Shown piece by piece: positions 11,692 to 25,246 of a DNA stretch of 64,000 bases. Below the pieces are notes generated by a model. That model saw nothing but the letters and a program-made list of their open reading frames with translations. It was not told the origin of the DNA and made no database searches. The stretch comes from Octopus vulgaris (lineage: Eukaryota). Every line of letters begins with the position of its first letter. Within the stretch, counting starts at the first letter, position 1. The stretch lies in contig OX597818.1 of assembly GCA_951406725.2 (NCBI GenBank), positions 41,788,001 to 41,852,000 on the forward strand, read 5' to 3'. A program made the translations under genes and the position numbers.

Positions 11692-14600
11692 GTATGTTAT
11701 GTTATGTATAGTTTCGCTTATTTATAGCATCCTCGAACGGTTTTTCATGTTTAGTTTACCATATGTTCGACGATTAAGATACTTTTCATATATTTCGAGT
11801 CGTGTAACATTAGTTTTTAAATACACAAATTTAAATCAAATATCTTGTTATTATTATTATTATTTTTTGTTGTTTACATTCTCTGTCAGAATTAATTATA
11901 CTTGATGAATTTAATTTGTTATGAATGTGTTTTCCTGTTGTTATTATAACGATCAAATAATTAATGTCAGTCTACATAAACTTAAATCTGACAATTGTAA
12001 CTACTTGTACTTCAGAACAGCTTTCTGATAATGTTGTATCTGTAATCGCAATGCTTGTACTATTCTTTTTGTATTTTTCTTTTATTTTTTTTCATTGACT
12101 ATATCTATAGTTAACCGTCTATTTCGAGTATAAATTATAATTTTATTTTCGATACTTTTATTCACTTTCCCGAATGAGAACATCTTATGTATATAAAACC
12201 CAACAGGCGTAACTATTATTAAAAGCTGTTGTTTACGTTATATATCACAAGTCTATAGTTTCAGAACCTAGCGTAAACAGGTGCAATCTAATCTTAGCAT
12301 CGGCCTCTCATAACAACAAAATGGAAATGAAATTGTAGTGCGATGATAATTTTAGATTAGTTTGTTTCATTTATGCTATTGCTGTCTCGTTGCTATGATG
12401 ATTACGATGATGCTCCGTATATAAGCTACTATTCGAAAATGAAAGCTGCGGGTGGTGATGGTGACTAGTTGAATGTCAAGTGAATTGTGACAGAGCCCAT
12501 CACCAATGATTTATTCAGAATTACTCCAAATCATTTATTTGTAATTAATGCAATATGTAGGATTGATTAAACCGTTGTTTTACGCACTAGTATCTGCACT
12601 TGATATCAGTTGATGGCGAAAGAGAAAGTTACTTTACATTTGACAAACCAACTAATGATCAATATGTATATGTGTACGTGCATAAATAATTCGTTTCTTA
12701 ATATATATCGTAACATGCACACGCATATGTGGCAGCCAGTTCCCACTTGAAAGCTTGAAGCAAATGAATAGCTCCTATTCTATTAATTAACAAGTGAAGG
12801 AAGTTGTAGGTTATGCATCATTGATCTCCCACATATGTACTCACATAAACACAAGCCCAGTTTGTGTGTACGTTACGGTGTAAAAAAAAAAAAAGAGAGA
12901 ACCATATCATCTCTCGATAATAGCACCATCTTTGGTGCATATCTAAAAATTAAACTCGGTTAATAAGATTAAGGATAAGGTTACCTAATTGCCGTCTACT
13001 TTGTTAAATAGAAATATTTGTGTTTTAACTGAAAATCGTCAAATCACTTGATATAATATATATTCAGTCTTGAAAATTTTAAATGTTCCCAATAATAACG
13101 AAATCGTTTTGTATAACTTCTTATTTATCTCATCCTGATTAAAAATGTTAATGATTACTCTACAAAAGAATTCCTTTTCGATTGTTAATCTTGTTTTCTT
13201 AACTGTTAGTTCAATTGTGCCTGTTTATCAGCGTGCCATCTTAGACTTTATCTATTGGTTAGAATTCCTGCTATACAACTGCCATCAATTTTAGCATCAT
13301 TGATTTCGAACTATACTATTGACGCCAGCATTATTATACACATGTTAGGTGATACCAATAATTTTAACTATACACAAGTGCTCACACATATACGCACGTA
13401 CACTTTTAAAGGTGTACACAAAATGACAGTGGCTTAGTTATACCATATATTCACACAGCGCTACAATGTCAATATCTATGGATGAGTGTAATTAATTACA
13501 CACATCCACAGATACATAATCACGCGCGCACATATTATGTGCATATGTCACCCCACCTACCCCGTTTTAATGTGTTCTTTGACCATTTCTCATTTAATTG
13601 CATTTGTACTACAGTACATTCCTGTCTTGCACCCTTGTGAGATTTAAAGAAAAACATTATATCGAGAGAGATAGTTATCTTATGATGCGTACACATCGTA
13701 TAACGGTATACTGTTATTTACACACATTATCTCAGTACCAAACGTTAGTTACAGCACTCGAAAACGAAAACAATAAAAAGCCCTACATGTAAAGATGTAG
13801 TATTTTACTGTGCTCTGTTGTTATTCATTCACACATAAATCTGAGAGGGGCGTTTTATGAATTGTCATTGTTGTCAATCTGTCATTAGCATTATCAAAAT
13901 GGTGATGTTGATGAAATGGTAGTGATGATAATAATAATAATGATAAGACAGGTCGTGTATGTATTAAAAAAGTGTAGATCAACGAATATACGTTGGGTTT
14001 TAATGATCAAGACGGACACAAACTTCGTCGTCCCTAAAATGTCTTATAACATAGGCAAATACAACAGTAAATATATTAAAATATTCGAGGCATGTAAGTT
14101 TGTTCGTATATATGTTTATATATTTATTTCTCTTCATTCTTATAAATCGAGTCCTTGTTGCAAAGCGCTTATATTGCGCCCATTTCTTCCCCCAGAAACT
14201 AACCCTCGCTGACTGTTTTACTGAAATATAATCTCTTACTCTTCGTTATGTAGTGGTTGTGGACGAGTTACTTGTATGTATGAGTTAATTTTTGTACACA
14301 TCTCCGAACTGAAATTGGTACCAACATAAATTTTTTGTGTGAGACTGTGTATAATATTGAATTTTACAGCTATCGAATATTCTACTGGAGCTTTCTTGCA
14401 GTGTGCAGTCTGAGTCTTTTTATTCATTCATAATCGGACACTAATAAACATTTGTATTACTTTGTTATACTAACATTCAGAGATCATATAGTTATTGGTA
14501 ATACTTTCAACGAGTTATGAAAACGTTTTCTCATGGAAATGTTGAATCAAATTTGAAATGGAAGTTGAAGGAAGACTCCAATAAAGATCCAGATCACAGT

Positions 14601-14789
14601 TATTCAGTTTCTTCCTACTTTATCTTATACATTTGGTTTTAATGCTGAATTCGTATGCTGTAGAAATTATGCTTTGATATGGGAAGCTTGTTTTGTCAAT
14701 TGGCTATACAGTACTTTAATTTATCTAATGACTAAAGAATCTCACTTTTGTTTTAGAATACACACTTGTAACAATAGTAACTGGTTTGT

Positions 14790-15660
14790 AACTTTGGCAA
14801 AAAGCCACAAGTTTTGAAGGTGGAGTGTCAATCCAATTGACTCCAGCAGTTGACTGGTATTTATTTAGTGAGGGGTAAAAAAGAGAAAAAGACAAAGTTA
14901 ACACCGATTAGATTTGAACTCAGAATATAAGAGATTTAAGTAGATACCATTAAAACATTTTGTCAGGCGCCTGTACAGATTCTGCCGTCCAACTGGCCTT
15001 TGAAATGAAGGATTTCTTACATAATGCACGAAGCTTTGGGTTTATGCAGAAGAGTTTAACAAATATAGGCCTAATAGATTCTTGTATTTGATTGGGGCTC
15101 TCATTTCCCTGTCTTTTAAAACAAAGTATTTCAAACATTTGATCTGACCTGACATTTGTAAGAGATCATAGTTGTTTAACCCGACTGGTACCTATTTTTA
15201 ACGGCTTACGAATTATTATAGACTCTAGCAAGCTTTGAACTAAACATAAAACGACCTAACAAAATACTGAAGACATTATCATGTTCAACGCTCTGCCGAT
15301 TCTGTCATCCTCAAATAATAGTAATAATAATAATTCTGTCTGATATAGGGCACAACGCCCGGAATTTTGCGGGAAGGGGGCCAGTCTATTACATCGATCC
15401 CAATGTCCAAAAGCATGAAAAACAAAGTCGACATCGGTGGAGTGGTTCTAAATTTTGGCATAAGGCCAGCAAATTTGAGGTAGTGGTCGCGGCATAGTTG
15501 ATGTCATCGACTCTAGTACCTGACTTGTACTTTATTTATTGACTACGAAAGGATGAAAACAAAAATTGACCACGGCTGTATTTGAACCCTGACGTAAAAA
15601 GACTTCTACCAAATACCGCAAAGTATTTCTATCTGGCACATAATCGATTTCACGCCGATT
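14790..15660 (-). mobile_element. Cluster of degraded SINE family B copies
   Basis: Recurrent actggtac...ttatt...gaaaggatgaaa...aaagtcgac...tttgaac motifs matching the clean copy at 41986-42215. Confidence 0.6.
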
Positions 15661-15852
15661 GGCTTCCTCTCTTCTGTCATTCACGCTTCCTGAATTGTAG
15701 AATTTTCATTCAAACTTTTTATTCAGCATTTGAATCGAAATATCAACTGTAATGCGCGAGTGTGGTAGATGAATGGTTAAGATGTTAGACGTAGATGATA
15801 TATGATGGGATGAAGGGTTAAATTGTTAGAGCCAAGATCCAAATCATAAAGT

Positions 15853-16392
15853 CTACCACCGTAGCTACTACTACCACCACCACCACCACCACCACCACTA
15901 CTACTACTACTACCACCACCAAACTATTACTATTACTACTACTACCACCACCAAACTACTACTACTACTACTGCTACCACCACCACCATCACCGCCACAC
16001 TATTATCATCACCACCATACTATTACCACCACCACCACAACTTTACTGTCACACCACTATAGTCTTGCTACCATCACCACTTCTATTACACTACTACCAC
16101 TATAACTATTCTATAACCACTATTGGTGCTACTGCAATACTACTACAAACACTTTGGCCACTACCACTACAACACTGCCAGTACTACTGTACTATTACTG
16201 CCACCACTACTGTCACTTCTACTATACTACCACTGACACCACTACTATATACTACTCTACTACATCACCACCACCAACACAATCATTACTACTGCCAATG
16301 ACATTACTTCTATATACTACTACCACCACCTCCGTTGCTACTACTCTAATGCTACCACGGCCATGGCCACTACTACTCTGCTATTACTATTG
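15853..16392 (+). repeat. Degenerate (ACT/ACC)n trinucleotide low-complexity tract
   Basis: Runs of actactact and accaccacc; the overlapping ORFs are poly-Thr/Tyr/His artefacts. Confidence 0.9.
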
Positions 16393-17094
16393 ATCTGCAC
16401 TCTAAAAGCAAGGGGTATTTATTGCCTCTTAGTCAGTTCAGCTTAAAATAGACCCAGTTCAGTCTGTGGTAAAGAATCTGTCATTAGAATAACTATGATT
16501 CAACATTTCATGTGAATATTTAAATTTGCAGAACTATCAAATCCATTTCAGCTTGGAAAAATATGTGTAAATATACAAATATAAATGCATGAGCACCCAC
16601 AGTATATAAATACTGAATGCAACTGATGGAGAGCAAAATCCTTAATTTTTTCAACACTTTTTATTTCATTTGCTTACACACACACACTCACATGCATGTA
16701 CGCGTGCACACACACACACACACACACATACACCAAATTATTTGTTATGGACTGATATTCAATAGGGGTTTCCCAACCCAAGAAAATTTGTTTTAATGTA
16801 TATATCCTTATCAATATCCTTCTCATTTAAAACTTCTCTTGTAGACACACTATTCAATTAGAAACCTTTTAAACAGAATACTTTCATAAGTTATAGATTA
16901 CCTCTTTATTGACTGGTACCCTATCTTGGAGAATATTTTTTAGAAAATTTTCTTTTGAAATACTTCTTTGAGTTGTGAAAACATTCACATTTAAATTTTT
17001 ATACATTAATTATCTGGTTAAATTATTTTCATAAAATTACTTTCCATACTTAATTTTTTAATTCTTAAATCACCACATAAATTAAATCATCAAC

Positions 17095-17485
17095 AGGCAT
17101 GGCTGTGTGGTAAGAAGTTTGCTTCCCAACTATGTGGTTCTGGGTTCAGTTCCACTGTGTGGCACTTAGGACATGTGTCTTCTACTATAGACTTCAGCCT
17201 AACCAAAACCTTGTGGGTGAATTTGGTAGATGGAAACTGAAAGAAGCCTGTCATATATATATATCTGCGTGTGCCTTTGTGTTTGTCTCTCACTGCTGCT
17301 TGATAATTGGTGTTGGTTTGTTTATGTCCCTTTAACTTAGTAGTTTGGCGATAGAGGCCGATTGTATAAGTACCAGGCTTAAAGAAAAAATAAGTATTGG
17401 GGTTGATTCATTCACTCAACTAAAAGTTCAAGGTGGTGCCTCACAATGGCTACAGTCTAATGACTGAAACAAGTAAAAGATAAAA
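17095..17485 (+). mobile_element. SINE family A, near full length
   Basis: tRNA-like head ggctgtgtggtaagaag...gggttcagttcc, central TA/TG microsatellite, tail gactgaaacaagtaaaaga. Confidence 0.85.
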
Positions 17486-17494
17486 TATTACTAT

Positions 17495-17893
17495 GATTCT
17501 TTTCTTCTCTAGGCACAAGGCCAGAAATTTTTTGGGAGGAGCCAGTTGATTAGATCAAACCCAGTACACAACTGGTACTTAATTTATTGACTTTGAAAGG
17601 ATGAAAGGCGAAGTCGACCTTGGTGGAATTTGAACTCAGAATATAAAGACAGATGAAATACCTATTTCTTTACTGACCACAAGGGGCTAAACACAGAGGA
17701 GACAAACAAGGACAGACAGACAGATTAAGTCAATTATATTGACCCCAGTGCGTAACTGGTACTTAATTTATCAACCCCGAAAGGATGAAAGGCAAAGTCG
17801 ACCTCGGTGGAATTTGAACTCAGAACGTAACGGCAAATGAAATACCGCTAAGCATTTCACCTGGCGTGCTAACATTTCTGCCAGCTTGCCACC
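17495..17893 (-). mobile_element. Two nested or tandem SINE family B copies
   Basis: Two copies of the core gaaaggatgaaaggc.aagtcgacct.ggtggaatttgaactcagaa, joined at gaaatac|ctatttc near 17660. Confidence 0.85.
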
Positions 17894-18387
17894 TTATAAA
17901 ACATTACCATGATTGTTGTCATTTTAATATCTATGTATTTATAATGGCATATAATAAAAGTGGTCTAGACGTTGCCATTTGTTCCAATCTTTTATTAGCT
18001 CTCCTTTGAGGCTCTGCATTCTTAAATATTACTTTGCTGTGATTAACCTCTACTGATAGCACACAAGACTTAATCATTTGCCGAACAAGGATTTATTTTG
18101 TTTAAAGTAACAATGAAATATTTCTCATAACTTGAATGATTACTGTGGTTCATTCCATTTTCTAGATATATTCTGATTTTGTTTTCTTTTTAAAGGTGTT
18201 TAATCTTAATTAGTGTATGCTATAAAGCAGTAGAAAGTTCCTTGCAAAATGAATCTGCGACTTGGTTTCAGTTCTCTGTTGAACTATTTCACTTATGTTG
18301 TATATGAGTGAATCTAGCCATAGATAATAGATTCAAGAGATGTTGGACTACTTGAAGTAGATATTGCTCTTAATTCGTTTCAAATGT

Positions 18388-18812
18388 TGGCACTAGGCCA
18401 GCACTTTCAGGGAAAGGATAAACTGATTACATTGACTCCAGTGTTCAACTGGTACTTGTTTTATTGACCCCGGAAAGATGAAAAGAAAACTCAGCCTTGG
18501 TAGAATTTGAACTCACAACATAGAGATGGATGAAATGCCACTAAGCATTTTGTCTGACAGGCTAATGATTCTGCCAGCTTGCTACCTTAGATATGCTCTT
18601 GATTAACTACATGAATGGTACCTTACTGATTCAATAATGTTCACAGAATATTCTTTTCTAGTCTAGGCACAAAGCCTGAAAGTTTTGGGGAGGGATCAGC
18701 CGATTAGATCAACCCCAGTGTGCAACTGGAACTTAATTTATTGATCCCAATATGCAACTGGTACTCAATTTATTGACCCCAAAAGGATGAAAGGCAAAGT
18801 CGACCTTGGCAG
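18388..18812 (-). mobile_element. Two degraded SINE family B copies
   Basis: Core motifs at ~18440-18590 and ~18710-18812. Confidence 0.7.
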
Positions 18813-20331
18813 AACAGAATATTACCATTCTAACCTTATTCCATAAAACTTATACATCAGCCTGGCTGATCTTTTTCAACAATCTAAACCCATTCCATAT
18901 AGCTAGGTGAACTGAGATATTGTAGACATAAATAACTTGCCAAGCAACCTACCAAAAGACCAACAAAAGCTTTAAAACTCTTAATCTCTCGAAAGCATGT
19001 GCTTCACTACCATATTCACAAGGCCATTCTGTTTCTATACCATACATAAAGAATACTTAGTTTACCATATCAAGTATATCTACTGCTATATTTTTAATTC
19101 TGTGGTTACTGCAATTTTCTCTAGATTTGTGCTAGAACTATGGTGATGGGAGTCATAGCAATTAAAAATCCCTGACAATGGAGGTCTGTGCAAATATTTC
19201 AATGTTCAGAACCATCCTATACAAGCTTGTGCGAAGAATGAATGTAAAATATTTTTTAAAAATGTCTTTCTTTCTTTCTATCTTGGTTTCCTCGAGCAAC
19301 ATCAAGTTCTTTTTACTCTCTACATTTCTTTATTGATCATCTTAATAACATCTATGCTATCAATCTCCATGCCAATCTGTATAAATTACTATCACAACAT
19401 TTCTAGCATTAGTTTTTCTTCTTCTTTATACTTATAGATCATCCCTTTTACATCATATATAGCCTCAACCTTCTTTTGAGCAATGCTGCTTAGTTACCAT
19501 TCTAGTTCCTTCACTTGGGGGTATTTTCCTTTTAAATATATATCTTTGTTTTATCATTTTGTGATTTTATCAAATAAAATTCCGTGATTTCAAACTACAT
19601 ATGATGAATTTAGACATGCTTCATATCTTAAAACATTTGTGACTAACAGCTTCATTTAGATTACTAAGTGTAAATTTATTCTATTTTAAAATCTATGTTA
19701 CTGATATCATGTTTGGGTCTAGTGCTGACTTATAAATAGAACACTAAACATGATATCAACATTAAGAAATAAAAAAAAGAAAGAACTCATAGAAATAAAG
19801 AATATTTAAAACTAATTTGTGAAATTTATTGTTTAGTTTTTTTTTTATATTTAAAATATATTTAATAAAAAATTGAGATGTATTAAAAATTCTTAACATT
19901 TAAAAAATTTCATTTACAAAAAGAAACTGTAGTCTTAACATTGTCATTTTAATTAGTCATATTGAAATGTTCAGCTAGATTAAATAACATCTAGTTTGTG
20001 TACAAAATATTTTGTCAACAAATAAAGACAAAAAATTTTAAAAAGTAAAATAAGGCTTCCTGTAGGCTATTTATTTTGTGATATAGTTGAAACTATATGA
20101 TACCAAATAAGATTTCTGTTATATTATCTGCAGAATTAGGACCTCACTTCCTTCATATATTTATAAAGTATTTTTCTCATATGATGATGCATTAATAACA
20201 AGAATATATTAATTAACATTAATATATTGTAATTACAGCTTAAAATCATCAGATAACTGAATTTTTATGTTGGTTCAAAGATAAATCTCTGCGGAATAAC
20301 AAAACTCTATTTTATATCAGTTCTCATTTAA

Positions 20332-20564
20332 CCCCTCCAATATCAATCTGGTTCAAATTCCCCCTGGTTCTATAATACAAATCCTCCATGGTTTTAGCCA
20401 TCATTTGTTTTTGAAGATCAACAATGAATTTATGTAGGAATCTTTTGTTAAATTATATTCCAAACACCAGCTTAAAAATGAAATAAGTCAGTTGTTTTAC
20501 CGAGTCTCTCAAACTTCTTCGCTATCAAAATTAATTGGAGCAAATAGATATGGTTGCAAAAGGA
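20332..20564. mobile_element. Degraded piggyBac-type MITE
   Basis: Starts ttaa|cccc and matches the reverse complement of the element at 57715-58004. Confidence 0.45.
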
Positions 20565-21499
20565 TTACAAACTAGTTACAATGGATAGAGAATGAATTTG
20601 TTAACAAATAATTGCTAAACTTCATTTTGCATCTTTGAGAATCTTCATTTGGAGCTGATACTGTATTGATGTCATCTCATTGCTTAATAAACTGATGTCA
20701 GCTTGAGATCTATTCTTGTATTTCCAGTACTAAAAGGGAAATTAAACAATACTGAATAAAACTTCACACAGTAAAAAGTGAAATTATTCCATTCTCCAAT
20801 CAAATTCACAAGCAAGCCATTGTTGTTCTAAATACTATGCATTTCTTAAGCTGGATGATTATCTTTTCTCCTTTGTCTCCATAATATCGTTAACAATTTA
20901 TCAAGTTCATTTAGTGTCTATTTTTACAATACTCAGTATTGTTTTCTGGCTAATCCTTAACAGTCAACCAAATTTTTAATCTACCTTTCCTATCTTAATA
21001 GGAAGTGCTTTGTTGGTGACTAAGCAATTGTATTTCTTCACCAATCATTACATTAAACATACCAACATAAGTTCTTGAAAATACACTTGTTTTTCGAATG
21101 ACTTTGTACTTGTAAAACTTCATCACCATTATCACCATTGTTCGTGTTATTCTTGTTGTCATCATCACCATCACAACAATATTTTTCCATGCTGACATAA
21201 GTTGGATAGGCATTTCAATTCCAAATAACACAAACCTGTATTATTCTTCGGTAAGACATAACATCTTCAAATTTAATTGACTCTCTATAGTTCAAAATTT
21301 TGTTATTCTATTTTACTATCTTCTCGTCTGACACATATCCATTCATTATACACATTTATGTCATTGCAGTGATCATTCTTAATTACATTGGTTAAAGACT
21401 TTGATTTTTCATTTGATTTCTCAATAAGTGACATAACTTATTCCTTTATTTTTCCTGGTCATCAGCCTGTTTCATGTTTTTCACCATCTTCCCCCATTC

Positions 21500-21990
21500 C
21501 TTGATGTTTTTCAACCCACCACAAGAAGTAGGATATCATGGTGTCATAGCAAACCTCTACATTTTCCATCTGTAAACAATTAATAAAAGAGTAACGCGGC
21601 TCACAACAATCTTATTAACGTGATGTTCTGTATATGAATGCAAAGGGTATTTCTATAATATTTCATTAAAAAAAAAAAAAACTATAATCTTTTTCTCACT
21701 TTCAGCATTTAACATCCTCTATCCCCACCCACAGACTGCAGTTGCAATTACTATTGCTTTTTTTTAAAAAAAGGAATTTTTGTTATTACTGCAATCTTAT
21801 TTTATGAACAGGGTCTAATTCTGCTAAAATTATGGTAGCTGCTACAATCTGACATTTTACTTCTTTCTTTGATCTCACATCTTCCGTTATTGCTCGTCCC
21901 AAATATTTAAATACATCAACTTGTTTGAGCATCTTTCCTGCTGATTCAGTTGAATTGATTATTTTGTTTTCACTATTTGTCATTATATTT
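21500..21990 (-). mobile_element. Highly degraded RTE LINE fragment
   Basis: QVDVFKYLGRAITEDVRSKKEVKCQI, the RTE FKYLG thumb-region motif. Confidence 0.6.
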
Positions 21991-22504
21991 GCTTTTTCAG
22001 CATTCTTTTTTTATTCTGTATTGCCCTGTAGTTGTTCCAAAACATGTTGTTAGATTTCTAAGTTCTACATTCTTTCTTGTTAAATCAATATCTCTTATTA
22101 TAAAAGGCAGATTTTATCTGCCTCCCTTTGGGAGTTATACAAATCTACAATATAGGATTTCTTCAATTACAATTTACCTACCATTTTTGAGAGTACAATG
22201 CATCGCGTCATGCCAGCTCCAGTTTTTAAAATTTAAACTCCAATTAAGCAAAATTTACAGAAAACTCACATTCTGGTGTGTGTGTCAAATGCTTTTCTTA
22301 GTCTGGTTTACACCACACGCAAACGCACACACACAGTGGGCAACGAATAAAATGAAAGTAAATAGCGACAGTGATTTGAGGAAGACTAAAGTGAAAGTAT
22401 TCTGTCTATGACGCTGATAGACACATGAGTAAAATGTATGGGAAGCTAAGAGCTAAGAGTGAGTGAAAATGTTCTTGGAAGAGAGTAATTAGTAATAAAG
22501 TAAA

Positions 22505-22522
22505 CATACACTCATACATACA

Positions 22523-22554
<32 letters not shown>

Positions 22555-22639
22555 CACACACACACATACACACACACATACATACACACACATACATACA
22601 TACACACATACATACATACATACATATACATACATACAT

Positions 22640-22685
<46 letters not shown>

Positions 22686-22810
22686 GAAGCTTGAGAACAA
22701 TCAGATACATTTGCAACACATCTGTTGAAAATATTATTGTTCACACACATACATATACATATATACATACAGACAGACAGACAGATAGACACACACACAC
22801 GCACACACAC
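22505..22810 (+). repeat. Compound (CATA)n/(CA)n/(CAGA)n microsatellite
   Basis: Seen directly. Confidence 0.95.
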
Positions 22811-22865
22811 ATGATCCAGCATGGCCACAACCTCAAGGCTGAAACATATAAAAGAATAACAGAAT

Positions 22866-23235
22866 ATAAATGTGTGCAAAGTACAAGAAATATTAATGCA
22901 GTATATGGGGATTGGACAATAAGCGTAAGGCAGTGTCAATGGTGGTTCCAGAAATCCCGAGCCATAAACTACAGCCTAGAAGACGAGCCTCATCCTGAAA
23001 GATCTGTAGAACTCGACAAGGACATCCTGAAAACCCTGGTGGAACAAAATATCATCGTAACTGTTGAGGAACTAGCAGAGAAGCTTGGATTTGGTCATTC
23101 AACCATTCATTGACACCTGTGTGCTATCGGAAAAGTCAGCAAATTGGGTCAATGGGTTCCTCACGAACTTTCCGAGTCTAATTGCATGCAGAGAGTGAAT
23201 GTATGCTTTTCTTTGCTGTCATATCTCACCACTAC
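22866..23235 (+). pseudogene. Mariner transposase N-terminal remnant
   Basis: NINAVYG...QCQWWFQK...SLEDEPHPER...TVEELAEKLG...STIH*HL..IGKVSKLGQWVPHELSE, containing the mariner WVPHEL signature. Ends just before the Helitron at 23249. Confidence 0.9.
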
Positions 23236-23248
23236 TGCGCTATGTATA

Positions 23249-23885
23249 TCTATATATATAAAACTGTAGTTGTGTGAGTGTCTGTCCCTTCGATTTAGAT
23301 TCCTAACTACTCCCACATTTTGCGGTACAGTTTCACCAAATTCGGGTAGCTTATAGTCGTGATTCATATCGAGCCCGTCTGAATATTAGCGCGCGTCTAC
23401 GATGAGTCTACGATTTTAAAAATAATTTAACATCATTTTTTATTCCATTTTAATGCATAATTTTTCGTGTGTCGATGGCGGCGGAGTTGGCGTCCACGCT
23501 CACACCTGCACCTGTGGGGAAGGGAGTGTAAGGAAATCAACGTCGTAATGCGTTGTCAAGGAGACCAGTGTTCTTTTAGAACAACGACTTTATGGCTTGA
23601 AGACACCAAAACAGAAATGGCTAAGAAAGCGTCTACATGAGTCTACGATTTAAAAAAAAAATTACCATCGTTTTTTTTTCCATTTTAATGCATTTTTTCG
23701 CTATTATATAAGGGAAGTAACTCTCTAAAAATGTCTACGATGAGTCAACGATTTAAAAAAAAATTTACCATCATATTTTTTCCATTTTTAATGCATTTTT
23801 TGCTATTTTTTGGCTATAACTCTCTAAAAATGCTTATATAGTTATTTCCCTTACAAACCCGAGCAACGCCGGGCGATACTGCTAG
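23249..23885 (+). mobile_element. Non-autonomous Helitron, copy 1
   Basis: A|TC 5' end, subterminal hairpin CCCGAGCAACGCCGGG, CTAG|T 3' end, no TSD. Confidence 0.9.
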
Positions 23886-25039
23886 TCATTGATAAAACAG
23901 AAATTACTAATATCTCCACCTTGTCTTTATTTTAGTATTTCCTACCAAAGAATTAAGGGCTTCCATCAGTATATATTCTAGAACCCCACCAAAAATGGTT
24001 TAGGGAAAGAATTCCAAGCTTGTCTGGTATCAAGTGTTATTTTGAATGAGTTAATTGATGAATTTTCGAGCAAATTTCTATGCATTATTAAATAATGTCA
24101 TTATAATATTTACTATTGGCAGACTGATGTGATATTTTCTCATAATAAGACAGTGTGCCTCAAGCCACACATAGTCAGAAGATTTTTTTTTTGTCAATGA
24201 AGTTCCAAATATTTCTCTTCTAGAATATTTATATTAGAATTCAAAGATGTTGACACATTAATTCCTTACCTGTCATGGCCCCTGAAGCTTAGGAGCTAAG
24301 AAAGTGGAGCTAGAAGTTATTATACTTTCATATACAATAGTGCAAATTTAGTTTATCAACACACACTCGCACACATGCATGCACACACACACACACACAC
24401 ATGGTGAAAAAACATGCACACACACTTTGAAGAACTTAAAATTCCATGAATACTGAAGAAAATAACTGGGACACTAAAGGGTTGGAATTAATTTAGTTTT
24501 ATCCCTATAGGTTTTTTGCACTTAATTTTATTTCTTGTAGTTTTTAATTCACGTAGTTTCATCTCTATAGGTTCTGAATTCAAAATCTATTAAAACTGAG
24601 GCTAACTTTTGTCCACCTGGTGTTGATAAAGTAATAAAGCATCACTAATAAACTAGAGTTCATCTTGTTAGTTATAATACTCCCATACAAAAATTAGCCT
24701 TAAACTAATATTAGAAAACTTGAAGCCACAAGGGTTAAAAGTAGACATAAATTTATGATACATTATTACAATATTCAGAAGATATATATAGTGGAATTTC
24801 AATAAACTTCTTATTTTAGTAAAGTCTATTAATATTAATGAAAATTGTTTATGATAGATAAAGATGACAATGATGACGACAACCACCACTACATTTTCTA
24901 TGGTACATTCATCAAAATAGGTTATTATTATTTGAATTATTTGATTTTATTTTTACTATCTTTTGATAAAAAATGTAGTACTTTTAATAATTCTGAAAAG
25001 AGGCAAAGTTCTCACTGAAACCAATGGAGGAAAATAACA

Positions 25040-25245
25040 TATATTTCTTTATTGCCCACAGGGGGCTAAACATAGAGGGGATCGATTACATTGCCCCAGT
25101 GCATAACTGGTACTTATTCAATCAACCCTGAAAGGATGACAGGCAAAGTTGACCTTGGTGGAACTTGAACTCAGAATGTAACAGCAGACAAAATACTGCT
25201 AAGCATTTTGCCTAGTGTGCTAATGATTCTGCCAGTTTACCGCCC
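25040..25245 (-). mobile_element. SINE family B
   Basis: Tail tttctttattgcccacagggg, core gaaaggatgacaggcaaagttgacc, head ...ctgccagtttaccgcc. Confidence 0.8.
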
Positions 25246-25246
25246 T

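Noticed and set aside
19110-19335. Acceptor ttttctctAG followed by a short ORF (MEVCANISMFRTILYKLVRRMN...)
   Set aside because: Stops occur in all frames directly after the acceptor, there is no clear donor and I recognise no homology.
19702-19721. Possible miR-190 (starts UGAUAU)
   Set aside because: The sequence diverges after six bases from miR-190 as I recall it, so it is kept only as an unnamed hairpin.
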